Shown here in pieces: positions 1 through 10,409 of a stretch of 64,000 bases of DNA. A model generated the notes under the pieces. That model worked only from the letters and a program-made list of their open reading frames with translations. It had not been told where the DNA came from and ran no database searches. Source of the DNA: Acidobacteriota bacterium (GTDB lineage Bacteria > Acidobacteriota > UBA6911); contig OY761556.1 of NCBI GenBank assembly GCA_963664705.1, forward strand, positions 2,720,001 to 2,784,000. The letters run 5' to 3'. The first letter of the stretch is position 1. Each line of letters starts with the position of its first letter. Made by a program: the position numbers and the translations under genes.

Positions 1-1320
1 CTGTCCATGGACGGTGCGGGAAAATTGATATTGGTAACCCGGATTCCCGGCAGCCGTGTGCCAGATCAACTCCTGAACCGAACCGCAACGAAACGCGTTA
101 TCCGTGCTCCACTGCGTCATCACGCTGCCGTCTTCGGGATCCGGCGGCGGTTCGCTTCCATTGGTCAGTCCGTACGCAGCCAGCGCGCGATCGGAGAGCG
201 GGCCATATCGTTGGGAGATCATCTGACGAATATCCGTCGGGGGCGCAACGCCTCTTCCTCCTCCCATGCCCGGCATTCCGGCTCCAAACTCCTGAGAGTT
301 ATTCCCGATCATCAGCGCCACTTTCTGCTGACGGCCTTCCGCATAAATCTTTGTGGGCTGCTCCGGAAGCACCCATCCATCCACGATAATTGAAAGCGCA
401 GGACCGCCGCCGCCCATCCCCGGCATTCCCATACCGCCTCCCTGTCCCAATTTCCCCATCAACTCTTTATCGGGGATCGCGCGCAGCTTTGCCAGCGCCT
501 GATCTCCGGAAATGTCCTGCTTGGCAGCCCACTCTACATTCCTTTTTTCTGCATCTGCCAACAGCGTTTGATTGCTTACCGGGCCGCTCTGTGCAATCAC
601 CCGCAGGAACAGTCCCTTCGTCAAAGGGGTTGCAATCAACGCATTCACGTCGGCAGCGCCAGCGGATTCACCGAAGATCGTGACATTGGCCGGGTTGCCG
701 CCGAATTTGGCGATGTTCTGCTGCACCCAGCGCAGGGCTTGAATCTGATCCATCAGCCCATAATTGCCGGAGGCATGGTGTGAAGACTCTTTGGTGAGTT
801 CAGGATGCGCAAAGAATCCGAAGATGCCTAGCCGGTAATTTGCCGTTACCAGCACCACTCCGTTGCGGGCCAGGACTTCACCGTTGAAGAGAGCTTCCAC
901 CCCTGATCCTGCCGTATTGCCTCCACCGTGAAACCACACCATCACAGGCGTAGAGGACTTCATGGGCCACACCGGCGTCCACACGTTTAATTGCAGACAG
1001 TCTTCACTATGAGGCAACTGCTGGTTGCCGCTTTGATGACACATGGGTCCGAAGGATGTTGCATCACGGACGCCGGTCCAGGATTTTGCAGGAGCCGGCT
1101 CTTTCCAGCGCAGATCGCCGACCGGCGGTTGTGCAAAGGGAATGTTCTTAAAAACCGCAACTCCATCGGGGGCGATGCTGCCGCGCAGCTGTCCCGTGCT
1201 GACCGAAACGGTCGGGTTGGCTCCGGAGCCTGACGCCGATTGCGCAGAACACGCGGGCGTAATGGCCTGGCCTAAACACAGGATGCATGCCAACAAGATA
1301 ATGCCTTTTATCAAATTCAT
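1..1320 (-). CDS. Secreted type-B carboxylesterase/lipase (3' end runs off the window)
   Basis: Not in the ORF track. Manual translation from ATG 1320: MNLIKGIILLACILCLG signal peptide, IPFAQPPVGDLRW, SEDCLQLNVW, WFHGGG, NYRLG, nucleophile IFGESAGA. Confidence 0.9.
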   Translation of the reverse strand, partial: MNLIKGIILLACILCLGQAITPACSAQSASGSGANPTVSVSTGQLRGSIAPDGVAVFKNIPFAQPPVGDLRWKEPAPAKSWTGVRDATSFGPMCHQSGNQQLPHSEDCLQLNVWTPVWPMKSSTPVMVWFHGGGNTAGSGVEALFNGEVLARNGVVLVTANYRLGIFGFFAHPELTKESSHHASGNYGLMDQIQALRWVQQNIAKFGGNPANVTIFGESAGAADVNALIATPLTKGLFLRVIAQSGPVSNQTLLADAEKRNVEWAAKQDISGDQALAKLRAIPDKELMGKLGQGGGMGMPGMGGGGPALSIIVDGWVLPEQPTKIYAEGRQQKVALMIGNNSQEFGAGMPGMGGGRGVAPPTDIRQMISQRYGPLSDRALAAYGLTNGSEPPPDPEDGSVMTQWSTDNAFRCGSVQELIWHTAAGNPGYQYQFSRTVHGQ

Positions 1321-1373
1321 GGCTCTTTCCCTTCCAGAAATACTGGCCAATCCTTTATGCAGAACTCCCATGC

Positions 1374-2192
1374 TCATTGGAGTGTCTTCAGCCAGTCATT
1401 TAACGCTGTTTTGAATGCATTGTACTGCTCACGTCGAATGCTGTGCCCTGCGCCTTTGATGTATACCCACTTAAATGGCGCACTGGATTTCCATAGTTGA
1501 GCCGCATTCTCCGCCGTTTCTCTGGACACAATGCCCCGTTCCGCAATGATGAGGAACGTAGGGCACTGAATCCTGGTAACAATTTCTTCATAAGGGAGTG
1601 AAGGGACGCCGACATCATTAAAGATGGCCGCATCCCAACGTTTCCTGGAATTTGCCCAGGGTACTATTTCATCTTCGGGCCAGGTAGGATTGTCCTTCCG
1701 CCCTCTGGCTTTTATCTCCTCCAGCGGCAGCTTCGCCAATTCTGTTTGATAAGCCCGTATCGCCTCATGGTTCTTCTTCGCAATTTCAAAGTCTTGCGGT
1801 TTTGGCGGGAACAAACCCCAGGATGGATCTTCAAGAATGATGGCTCGGGGCAAGTCAGGGTAATCCATTGCAACGCTGCAGGCAATTCCCGCACCCATGG
1901 AATGCCCCATTACGATCGGCTTTTCGAGCCCCAGCTGTGTGGCCAGTCCGGCAATATGTTTGGTATGGTTATCAAATGAAAAATCCGCGCCTAATCTATC
2001 AGATTGTCCATGCCCCTGCGCATCCGGCATGATGACGTCATATCGTTCAGCAAGTTCCCGGGCTGTCCGCCCCCAGCAAAGCCCATCGTCTGTGCCGCCG
2101 TGCAATAACACAATAGGAGGCTTGTTCCCACCGGATCGGTAGTAGTGGATTTTGATCCCATCTATGACGATATCGCATTCTTGAAATTCCAT
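1374..2192 (-). CDS. Alpha/beta-fold hydrolase
   Basis: LLHGGTD, GHSMG nucleophile, GAGHSI catalytic His; start chosen from a GGAG RBS; close paralog of 38544-39362. Confidence 0.9.
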   Translation of the reverse strand: MEFQECDIVIDGIKIHYYRSGGNKPPIVLLHGGTDDGLCWGRTARELAERYDVIMPDAQGHGQSDRLGADFSFDNHTKHIAGLATQLGLEKPIVMGHSMGAGIACSVAMDYPDLPRAIILEDPSWGLFPPKPQDFEIAKKNHEAIRAYQTELAKLPLEEIKARGRKDNPTWPEDEIVPWANSRKRWDAAIFNDVGVPSLPYEEIVTRIQCPTFLIIAERGIVSRETAENAAQLWKSSAPFKWVYIKGAGHSIRREQYNAFKTALNDWLKTLQ

Positions 2193-2218
2193 ACTCATCT
2201 CCAAGCTCCGGCTTCCCT

Positions 2219-4867
2219 TTAGTACTTGAGCGTGCCTCGCACGTGCGGTATGCCGGGTAAGGGTTGGCCGCCACCAACGCTGATCTCCACTGTAGACTTT
2301 GATAGGTCACTGGAACCAAGCGTAAAACTCACCCGACGGCGTTCACCCGCGCGCAGATGAATTCGCTTGAACCCGCGCAGGCTCCGAATCGGCGACTCCT
2401 CGCCAGCGCCACCTGCGACATACAACTGAACGACTTCATCGCCATTCAGGGCGGAGGTATTCTTTACCGTCGCCTGAATTTCGGCACCCGTACTCGTCCG
2501 TTTTGCCCTCAGTCCGGAATATTCAAAATGCGAATAGCTCAGACCGAAGCCGAATGAATACAGGGGATCTCCTTTAAAGTATCGGTAGGTGCGGCCCTTC
2601 ATGGCATAGTCGGCAAAGGAAGGAAGCTGATCCACGCTCTTATAGAACGTTACAGGAAGACGCCCCGCCGGGTTGTTCACCCCCGCCAGTGTCTCCGCGA
2701 TAGCCGTGCCGAGTTCTTCTCCGCCATACCATGCAGCGAGCAGTGCATTGGCATGCGCCGCCGCATAGTTAGCGGAAATGGCGCTGCCACTGGTCAGGAC
2801 TACAACCACGGGCTTTCCTGTAGCAATAGCCGCCCTTACAAGACTTTCCTGAGGCTCGGGCAAATCAAGGCTGGTACGATCGCCGCCAAGGAAGCCCGGG
2901 ATTTTTACGCCGGGCATCTCTTCCCCTTCCAACTCAGAACTCAGGCCGACGAAAACAATGGCGATATCAGAATCCTTTATAAGCGCCTCAGCCTCGCTCA
3001 GGATCACACCGGCTGGCGGAATCCATCCGAGCTGCATGGTGCCTCCGGAACCTGGCTGCCGGTATTCCACACGCAAGGAATACCTCCGACCACCTTCCAA
3101 TCGCACGGAGCCGCGCGGCTGCCTTCCGGATCCCATAGCCGATTGCATCGAAGTCATTTGAGTGGAAGGCCCCATGCCAAAGGCGATTTCCCTGTCGTCA
3201 AGAAATAAGCGAGCTGTAGCCGAGCGATTCCACATGCCGGCATGAACGGTCAGATCATATTCGCCTGATGCCGGTGGTGTCAGGGTGCCCGTCCAGCGCA
3301 CTGAATATTTTTCATTGCCAATCGCTGCTATAACCGCGGGATCTTCCATCCCCGTATCGAGATAACCTCGGGGTTCGCGCCGGCGGAGCTTCGGGTCTCC
3401 CTGAAGATCAGGATTGTTGAAGTACTCGGCCACCAATCCGCGCCCGTTGCCGCTCGAGGGCGACAGGAATGTCGAGGGAACTAATGCGTGCGTGCTTGCC
3501 GTATAGGTGGCGCCGAGAGCATACCGCACTTGCGCAGCAGAAAACTGCTGTTCGATTCCTTCCAGCGGCGTTACCTGTTTGGACGAAATGCCGTTGTAAT
3601 TGCCAAGCAGCGCAACAGGATCATCCGCGGAAGGCCCGATGACGGCGATCTTGCGAACCGATGGGCTCAACGGAAGAATCCCCTTATGGTTCTTGAGAAG
3701 CACGATCGCCTTCTCTTCCGCTTCCCGCGCCACTAGCCGGTGTGCGCTCGAATCATTCTCGGAGATGGGAATTTTCGAGTATGGAACCCTATCCGGAGGA
3801 TCAAACATACCCAGGCGAATCCTTGCCACAAAGAGCCGCTCGAGGGAACGATTGATCTCGGCTTCCGCGATTCGTCCTGCTTTCATCTCGTCCAGTAATG
3901 TTCGATATTCGGTTCCGCAGGTGAGGTCGGTGCCCGCTTTGACTGCTGCAGCGGCTGCGCCGCCGAGCGCAGGCGTATATTTATGATTTGCATAGATATC
4001 GTTTATGGCACCGCAATCACTCACGACGTATCCCTGGAAACCCCATTGCTCCCGCAACCGTTTCTGCAGCAAATCTGTACTTGCGCATCCGGGCACACCG
4101 GCAACCGAGTTGTAGACGCACATGATCGAATCGGCCTTCCCCTCTGTAACTGCTATGCGGAACGCCTCCAGATAGGTGTTCACCAGGTCGTACTCGCTCA
4201 CCTTCGCGTCAAAGACATGCCGCTGTGGTTCCGGACCACTGTGCACGGCATAGTGCTTGGGCGTGGAGATGACTTTCAGGTAATTCGGATCCTTCCCCTG
4301 CATCCCGGTAACGAATGCGACGCCCATGCGTCCGGTCAGATGGGGATCTTCTCCGTAGGTTTCCTGGCCCCGTCCCCAACGGGGATCCCGGAAGATGTTG
4401 ATATTCGGCGACCAGTATGTCAGTCCGGCAGTGCGTCCTGGAAGGACAGCAAGGGCGTCTGGTCCGGAAGGAGCCGGACGCGTCAAGGCATCGTTGTATT
4501 TAGCCCTGGCCTCGGTGGAGATAATATCGGCAACGCGATACATCAGACCCGTATCCCACGTGGCGGCAAGTCCAATGGCCTGCGGAAAGACGGTGGCCCT
4601 GCCTTGGGCCACACCGTGCAACGCCTCATTCCACCAGTTATAGGCAGGCACACCGAGACGTGGGATCGCCGGAGCAGTACTCTGCATCTGAAGTACCTTT
4701 TCCTCAGGTGTCATGCGGGAAACAAGATCAGCCGCGCGCCGCTCTGGAGTCAGATTTGGATTCAGATATGGCATTTCGCTTTGTTGTTGTGCGAAGGAGA
4801 CAGAAGCAATCAACCAAATCAAAGCGATCACAAGTCTGTTGATCTTCAATTCAATATCTCCCGTCAT
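2219..4867 (-). CDS. GH3 beta-xylosidase/beta-glucosidase with PA14 insert and Fn3-like C-terminus, secreted
   Basis: WWNEALHG, SPNINIFRDPRWGRGQETYGEDP, KHYAVH, VSDCGA nucleophile, LEGEE; signal peptide. Confidence 0.95.
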   Translation of the reverse strand: MTGDIELKINRLVIALIWLIASVSFAQQQSEMPYLNPNLTPERRAADLVSRMTPEEKVLQMQSTAPAIPRLGVPAYNWWNEALHGVAQGRATVFPQAIGLAATWDTGLMYRVADIISTEARAKYNDALTRPAPSGPDALAVLPGRTAGLTYWSPNINIFRDPRWGRGQETYGEDPHLTGRMGVAFVTGMQGKDPNYLKVISTPKHYAVHSGPEPQRHVFDAKVSEYDLVNTYLEAFRIAVTEGKADSIMCVYNSVAGVPGCASTDLLQKRLREQWGFQGYVVSDCGAINDIYANHKYTPALGGAAAAAVKAGTDLTCGTEYRTLLDEMKAGRIAEAEINRSLERLFVARIRLGMFDPPDRVPYSKIPISENDSSAHRLVAREAEEKAIVLLKNHKGILPLSPSVRKIAVIGPSADDPVALLGNYNGISSKQVTPLEGIEQQFSAAQVRYALGATYTASTHALVPSTFLSPSSGNGRGLVAEYFNNPDLQGDPKLRRREPRGYLDTGMEDPAVIAAIGNEKYSVRWTGTLTPPASGEYDLTVHAGMWNRSATARLFLDDREIAFGMGPSTQMTSMQSAMGSGRQPRGSVRLEGGRRYSLRVEYRQPGSGGTMQLGWIPPAGVILSEAEALIKDSDIAIVFVGLSSELEGEEMPGVKIPGFLGGDRTSLDLPEPQESLVRAAIATGKPVVVVLTSGSAISANYAAAHANALLAAWYGGEELGTAIAETLAGVNNPAGRLPVTFYKSVDQLPSFADYAMKGRTYRYFKGDPLYSFGFGLSYSHFEYSGLRAKRTSTGAEIQATVKNTSALNGDEVVQLYVAGGAGEESPIRSLRGFKRIHLRAGERRRVSFTLGSSDLSKSTVEISVGGGQPLPGIPHVRGTLKY

Positions 4868-4878
4868 TTGTAAGCCCG

Positions 4879-6225
4879 TTATTTGCTGGAGTTCTGAACC
4901 TTCCCGTCTGTGCTTTGCGTGCCCAGCAAGATGCCTAGAGGGATATAGTCTGCCATTGCCTTGTACCCTGATGCACCCGGGTGCACGTGATCTCCTGAAT
5001 CGTACTCCGCGCGCATCTTTGTCGGCGCATCGGGGTCTCTCATCAACTTATCGAAATCGATGACCGCATCAAACGCATTCGAAGTGCGGATCCACTGGTT
5101 TACCGCCTGCCGGATAACCTCTCTCTCCGCAGAATACGTATTGACGCCTTCGCAGGGCATTATTGTCGCCCCATAAACCTTGATGCCATGAGCGCGAGCT
5201 CGGGTGATGATCTGTTGCAAGCCCACAATCAGTTCTTCTGCCGATACAGCCTGCGCGCTGAATGGGCCATCCGCAGAACTCCCATTCCCGGATTTTCCTC
5301 CCGGCAGCTTAATATGCGAAAATGTGATGTCGTTGATTCCTTCCAGCACTATCAAGTGGGTGACACCCGGCAGGGACAGAACATCGCGGTCAAAGCGAGC
5401 GAGGGCGCTTGCGCCGGCGCCATCATGCAGGATACGATTCCCACTGATTCCCTGGTTCACAACGGCAAGCTTCGTTGACTTTTGCGCGGCCAATCGCTGC
5501 GCAAGTTGCGAAGGATAATCAATGTAGCTGGCACTTTTCGCTCCATAGCCCTGCGTTATGGAGTCGCCAAAGGCCACCAGGGTGGAAACTCCGGTGGGCA
5601 CCCACATATCGATGCCGGAGAGGAAGTACCATGACTGCCTTTCATCCGCATCCGGCAATTCCGTTTTGGAGGTCAAATCGCCTGGACCCAAAACATAGGC
5701 ATCGTGTAATGCCTGTCCGTGCATGCTCATGCCCGGTATTGAACCAGGCAAATAAACGCTGATTGACACCTCTGCAAATGACTTCACGGCCAAATCAACC
5801 GGGTCGCTAAAAGCGGGAGCTCCCGCAGGAATAGTAATCCGGGATCGTCCGCCAAAGGTCAGCGCATGATCTGTCGCCCGCTGGATTTTGGATCCTGCAT
5901 CCGTTAAAGCAATGCGCGCGGATGCAATATTCAATGGAGCCGAGCCAAATTCATTCGAGAACCGCACTCGCAGATGCTGTCCGCCAATTCCCGGCCGGAC
6001 AATCATGCGAATGGTTTTATCAGCGATTGCCGGCTCGGCAGCGACTCCCGGGATAGGATTTGGAGCATAGAGAGCCGTTGTCCAGGCGCTCACCCAATGG
6101 CCGCCAGGAACGGCCTTCTGTGCGGCAGCTTGTCGACACGGCATTATTGCCACAAACAGAACAACGAGTCCTATCTCTATATGTTTCTTAAGCACAGGAA
6201 TCCTTTCTAAAAGCGGGACATTCAA
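4879..6225 (-). CDS. SGNH/GDSL hydrolase (carbohydrate acetylesterase-like), secreted
   Basis: FGDSIT, NQGISGN, EGIND, GDHVHP blocks; start codon uncertain. Confidence 0.9.
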   Translation of the reverse strand: MNVPLLERIPVLKKHIEIGLVVLFVAIMPCRQAAAQKAVPGGHWVSAWTTALYAPNPIPGVAAEPAIADKTIRMIVRPGIGGQHLRVRFSNEFGSAPLNIASARIALTDAGSKIQRATDHALTFGGRSRITIPAGAPAFSDPVDLAVKSFAEVSISVYLPGSIPGMSMHGQALHDAYVLGPGDLTSKTELPDADERQSWYFLSGIDMWVPTGVSTLVAFGDSITQGYGAKSASYIDYPSQLAQRLAAQKSTKLAVVNQGISGNRILHDGAGASALARFDRDVLSLPGVTHLIVLEGINDITFSHIKLPGGKSGNGSSADGPFSAQAVSAEELIVGLQQIITRARAHGIKVYGATIMPCEGVNTYSAEREVIRQAVNQWIRTSNAFDAVIDFDKLMRDPDAPTKMRAEYDSGDHVHPGASGYKAMADYIPLGILLGTQSTDGKVQNSSK

Positions 6226-7445
6226 TTCTTTGCGCCATTGGCTTTAAACAGCATCGGCACCGTTTCGTTCAAATAGTTGCGCCAGACACTCCAAACATGG
6301 CTGCCTTCCGTCTCGTGATACAACACACGTACACCTTTTTTGCCTAACAACTCCACAAACCTTAGATTCGCCTGGTAGAGGAAATCCTGCTTGCCGCAGC
6401 CAATCCAGAGCAATCGAAGATTGGAATTGAGGCCTCTCGAGTTCGCGAAAGCCTCTTTGAACTCCGTTTCCGCGTTCATGAAAGGCCCGCCGACAGCGGC
6501 ACTGTATCCCAATACGAAATGAAACAGATCCGTGTGTGCAAGCCCGATTGACAGAGCCTGTCCGCCCCCCATGGAAAGTCCTGCGATCGCTCGGTGATCT
6601 GAATCCGCATATACTCGATAACTCCGTTCCACCAACGGAATGACATCCTGGATCAGATCAGGCGCAAACCGCTTCGAAAACATATCCGTCTCGCCTTCAA
6701 GGCGAACGAGAGGGCCGACATTGGCGCCTTGCAGCGCATGCCCCTGCGGCATAACCACGAGCATGGGCAGTGCCTTTTTATCCGCGATAAGGTTGTCCAG
6801 GATGATGTTTGCCCGGCCATTCATGACCCAGCCGTTTTGTGCTTCGCCATTTCCATGCAGAAGATAAAGCACCGGATACTTCGCACGGCTTTTGTCATAG
6901 TCCGGAGGCGTATAGACCCAGAGCCAGCGAGTTACCCCCATGGTCTTCGAGTCATAGAGGACCATCCGGACTTCCCCATGCGGAACAGGCCTTGAATCAT
7001 AAAAAGCCGGTCTGTCACCCGGCACTTCGACAAAACTGGACATCGCAAAGCCCGGCGGAACAGGCTTGATGGCAGGATTTGACGGGTCTGTGATTTCTAT
7101 GCCCTGGATTCGAAAGTTGTAACTCCAGATTTCGGCCGGCAGCGGACCGAGAGTGGCAGTCCAGATTCCATCTCCCCCTTTTGTCATAGCAAGCGCGCCC
7201 TTGCCCTGAAGTATCTCTCCGACCACATCCACCTGAGTCGCGTTGGGCGCAAGGAATCGCAGGGTCACGGTGCGATCCGGGTGAACCTCGGGCGAATGAA
7301 GGGCTGTATAAGGGGTGAGGATCCCCCCGCCTCTGCCGGCGCCGCCCTCCCCCGCCGGCCGCGTTTGCTGCTGGGCGCTGGTAAGAGCCACCGTTAACAG
7401 AATGGTAATCACGCTTGTCGTGTGCTTTGCAAGTCTTCTCTGCAT
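6222..7445 (-). CDS. Esterase with CBM48/E-set N-terminal domain (CE1-like feruloyl/acetylxylan esterase)
   Basis: SPEVHPDRTVTLRF, YTPPDY, YPVLYLLHG, AGLSMGG, HVWSVWR; signal peptide. Confidence 0.9.
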   Translation of the reverse strand: MQRRLAKHTTSVITILLTVALTSAQQQTRPAGEGGAGRGGGILTPYTALHSPEVHPDRTVTLRFLAPNATQVDVVGEILQGKGALAMTKGGDGIWTATLGPLPAEIWSYNFRIQGIEITDPSNPAIKPVPPGFAMSSFVEVPGDRPAFYDSRPVPHGEVRMVLYDSKTMGVTRWLWVYTPPDYDKSRAKYPVLYLLHGNGEAQNGWVMNGRANIILDNLIADKKALPMLVVMPQGHALQGANVGPLVRLEGETDMFSKRFAPDLIQDVIPLVERSYRVYADSDHRAIAGLSMGGGQALSIGLAHTDLFHFVLGYSAAVGGPFMNAETEFKEAFANSRGLNSNLRLLWIGCGKQDFLYQANLRFVELLGKKGVRVLYHETEGSHVWSVWRNYLNETVPMLFKANGAKN

Positions 7446-7554
7446 GAGATCCTTTGCCGTGCTAACTCCCAAAGTAGGGGGAGGAAACTGGGATCGGTCC
7501 ACCCGGACCGATCCATACCGATTCTCATATCAGTTTGCACATTGTCAAGAAATA

Positions 7555-7572
7555 TGTCACATATGTGTGACA
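7555..7572. promoter_or_regulatory. Palindromic operator TGTCAC-N6-GTGACA (copy 1), next to a minus-strand TTGACA at 7543-7548
   Basis: TGTCACATATGTGTGACA in a divergent intergenic region; recurs six times. Confidence 0.8.
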
Positions 7573-7622
7573 TCATTTGTCTCTTGATTTGTTGTTTTTA
7601 ACGTTCAGAAGGGGAAAAGCTC

Positions 7623-8138
7623 ATGATCTGGAGAGTAGGAGTGCTTGCGACATTGGTTGTGTTGATGGGATGCAGTGCAGTTCCGGCCAGGGCCCAGAAT
7701 AAAGTCTCAAATATGGTCACGATATCGGAGGATCGCATGGCAATAGAGGAAACCCTGCGCCGCTACGTGCGAGCCCTCGACGAATCGGACCTGGATGCCT
7801 ATCTTGCTACCCTCACCGATGATGCAAAATTCGTTTCCGCGGAAAGCAGCTATGCAGGCAAGGAAGCGATCCGCAAATATGTGGAACCTGTAATGCAATC
7901 ACGCCAGCAACGCCGAAAGACGGAAGGCGCCCAGGCGACGGCCACGCATCATGTGGTGACCAACCAGTCGATTGAATTCACCGATCGAAATAGCGCCGTG
8001 GTGCGCGCCTACTGGATGTTTGTTGTGGCGCATGGTGCAAACAAACCAATGACCATCGATATCATGGGATCGTCAGAAGACTATTTGATCCGACAAAATG
8101 GCAAGTGGCTGATCCGGGAACGCCGCGTTGCACCCTAA
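7623..8138 (+). CDS. SnoaL/NTF2-like protein with signal (possibly lipoprotein) peptide
   Basis: EDRMAIEETLRRYVRALD...HHVVTN...GKWLIRERR; LMGC lipobox-like. Confidence 0.85.
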   Translation: MIWRVGVLATLVVLMGCSAVPARAQNKVSNMVTISEDRMAIEETLRRYVRALDESDLDAYLATLTDDAKFVSAESSYAGKEAIRKYVEPVMQSRQQRRKTEGAQATATHHVVTNQSIEFTDRNSAVVRAYWMFVVAHGANKPMTIDIMGSSEDYLIRQNGKWLIRERRVAP

Positions 8139-8376
8139 TCGCCTTGCCAAAAGAAAAAAATAGCCTTTGCTGGCGAAAGGTATACGAAACCGTTCGTCGA
8201 TCCCATGCAAGCGGATACGAATGATTTCCGGTCGAGTGCTCCAATCCCTGTTGCATTGCCGCAACAGAGGAAACCGCCAATCCTCTAACTGGGGAATTGA
8301 ATCATCCTTCTGGCAAAGCCTGGATTGAATAGGGAATCTCGCTGCCGCTCCCAGAATGGACTTTGTTGTGTTGGGA

Positions 8377-10152
8377 TTACCTCCACATGTCCACTGATGC
8401 TGAGGCCAGGCAAAAGAAGTCGCCGGTCATCCAAAATGCATCGGTTCCCCCACCAACAACAAATATCTCCACCGGAGCATCCTGCAGAATCAGTGGCCGC
8501 GGCGAATTCGATTCGGGTGGTTGTTTTAGTAACGATGCAAATGGCTCTATCCCTTCCTTGGCGGAATCCAAGTCTCCAGGCATCGCTGCCCAATAGTTCC
8601 AAAGAGTCATATAGGTATTTTCCTTGAGCCACCGGCCTAACGCTTCCTTGCTTTTGAATCCTTCATTCAGAAGATCGTTTGCCGTTATAGGACTCAGCAA
8701 TAGAGCCGCTTGAGTTCCAGGATTGATCCCGGGAGTATGATGCGTACCGGCGCCACTGGTTTCAAAACTTAACAATTGCCGCTTCAGAATTTCGTGATGC
8801 GGGTGCGGTTTATAGGCGGCATAGTTCAGCAGACTCCAACCCGTAAAAATACTGATGACACTTTCTTCGGCTTTGAAACCCTTCTGCACATGAAAAGGAT
8901 TCCATCCTTCAGGCAGCGCCCTCTCATTCTCGGCAAAACACATGTTGTTGTAATTGGTATTATTCCCTATATCACCCAGATACGTCTCACGTGGCTTCGC
9001 TCCTCCGAGGTTTTTGGAAATTAGTGTCCACGCTCTCCCAATGACCGCATTGGCTTGATTGAACGGGCCCAATGCACCAATTCCACAATTCATATTCATT
9101 TCCTCACACATAGGCCCATTGGCTACGACCATCCGGGTGAAAGAGGTTGCGGAACTGAAAAATGAGGTTATTCCGGTCGACGCTATAGCCAATATCGCCG
9201 GAAGATGCTCGGCTTTGGCTCCTGCCATCACGGCATTGATGGCAACGTGTTCCACGGTATATTCCCAAGCCTCGTGGGGAGGAGAGGGTTGCATAGCTAC
9301 CGGGATATGTTTTGCGCCCTTAATCACAGCTCTGGCGCCTAGATTTGCTACAGATTGATCCCAATATTCATGGGGAGGCGATGTCTGCATTCTGCCGACA
9401 ATTTCATCCGGCCTGTGGCTCGTCCCCCTGAGCATTTCGGCCACTCTTTCCTCTGTAGGGAGCACGATCGGCAGATAATCCGTCCATCCATTTTCGAGAA
9501 ATAGATTTTCCAAATTTTCCGAAGTATCAGGACCCAAGCGCCTTGGCTGCGGCCTTTCAATCGTTCCTGTCTTCTTTTCCTCATCGGTAGTCGGCAAGGT
9601 CAGCGCATCAACGATTCCCTGCATGACAGGCTTGCCGCTGATGGGATCATTCCCTTCGAGGTAGCTTCGGTGCATCTCGAAAGGCCTGTTTGCAAAAGGA
9701 TGAGGCACAAAGGTGAATCGCAGTTCAGGAACGCCCTTCTTGTAGGCAAAATTCCTGATAAGATCGGTAAACGCGTTCGTAACAACAGGAGCTGTGGGCA
9801 CCCCCAATTTTTCCAACATTGAGCAGAAAATCGTCACGGATGGAGCACAGGTATCCAGTTGACCAATGCCCATTACAACACCATGCCCCTTTTCTTTGAT
9901 TTCAGCCCAAAGCTGCGGGTCATTGTGAAAATATGTCCCAATTTTGGTTCTGAGTATCCAGGTGGTGCCGGGGTATCTCGCGGTGAGCAGCTTTTGCATT
10001 TCCTCAAAGAATTGATGCGTTCGCGGAAAATTAACATCCACGATATAGATTGTCTTGCCCTCCAGCGTATCCAGCCGGGGCGCCATGGCAATCAATTGGA
10101 TGGGAGGAGCAATTCCTCGTGGACTCAAAACTGTGATTTTTTCATTCGTCAT
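8377..10152 (-). CDS. UGSC-family protein (thioredoxin-like N domain fused to GWTDxLP domain), no Sec
   Basis: RLDTLEGKTI, GIGQLDTC, GWTDYLPIVLPTEERV, VAINAVMAGA, ANAVIGRAW; GGAGG RBS before ATG 10152. Confidence 0.75.
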   Translation of the reverse strand: MTNEKITVLSPRGIAPPIQLIAMAPRLDTLEGKTIYIVDVNFPRTHQFFEEMQKLLTARYPGTTWILRTKIGTYFHNDPQLWAEIKEKGHGVVMGIGQLDTCAPSVTIFCSMLEKLGVPTAPVVTNAFTDLIRNFAYKKGVPELRFTFVPHPFANRPFEMHRSYLEGNDPISGKPVMQGIVDALTLPTTDEEKKTGTIERPQPRRLGPDTSENLENLFLENGWTDYLPIVLPTEERVAEMLRGTSHRPDEIVGRMQTSPPHEYWDQSVANLGARAVIKGAKHIPVAMQPSPPHEAWEYTVEHVAINAVMAGAKAEHLPAILAIASTGITSFFSSATSFTRMVVANGPMCEEMNMNCGIGALGPFNQANAVIGRAWTLISKNLGGAKPRETYLGDIGNNTNYNNMCFAENERALPEGWNPFHVQKGFKAEESVISIFTGWSLLNYAAYKPHPHHEILKRQLLSFETSGAGTHHTPGINPGTQAALLLSPITANDLLNEGFKSKEALGRWLKENTYMTLWNYWAAMPGDLDSAKEGIEPFASLLKQPPESNSPRPLILQDAPVEIFVVGGGTDAFWMTGDFFCLASASVDMWR

Positions 10153-10409
10153 GCGGATCGGTGCCTCCATGCCATCTTCGTGTATGTTTTCCACAGAATA
10201 GATGCTGTTGGCCTTAATCTACAGCTTTGTCAAAACTGGAGCAATGACTCAATTGTCACCCAGCCATAGAATTCAATATTCCTATTTTGCCTGGAGTTTC
10301 ACAATTAACCACAACCCTGATAGATCAAAAAATGAAACAATGTAATAATGGACTCCGGCATCTTGATTTCTACTTTATTGCACAAACGCTTTGGGAAGGA
10401 GTGGGATAT

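Noticed and set aside
3983-4873. 296-aa plus-strand ORF (likewise 54814-55908, 59372-60832, 42583-43347, 28530-29156)
   Set aside because: Antisense or alternate-frame shadows of well-supported genes, with no recognisable motifs.
10227-10271. TTGTCAA and a TGTCAC half-site between the divergent UGSC genes as a seventh operator
   Set aside because: The right half reads ATAGAA rather than GTGACA; too degenerate to count.
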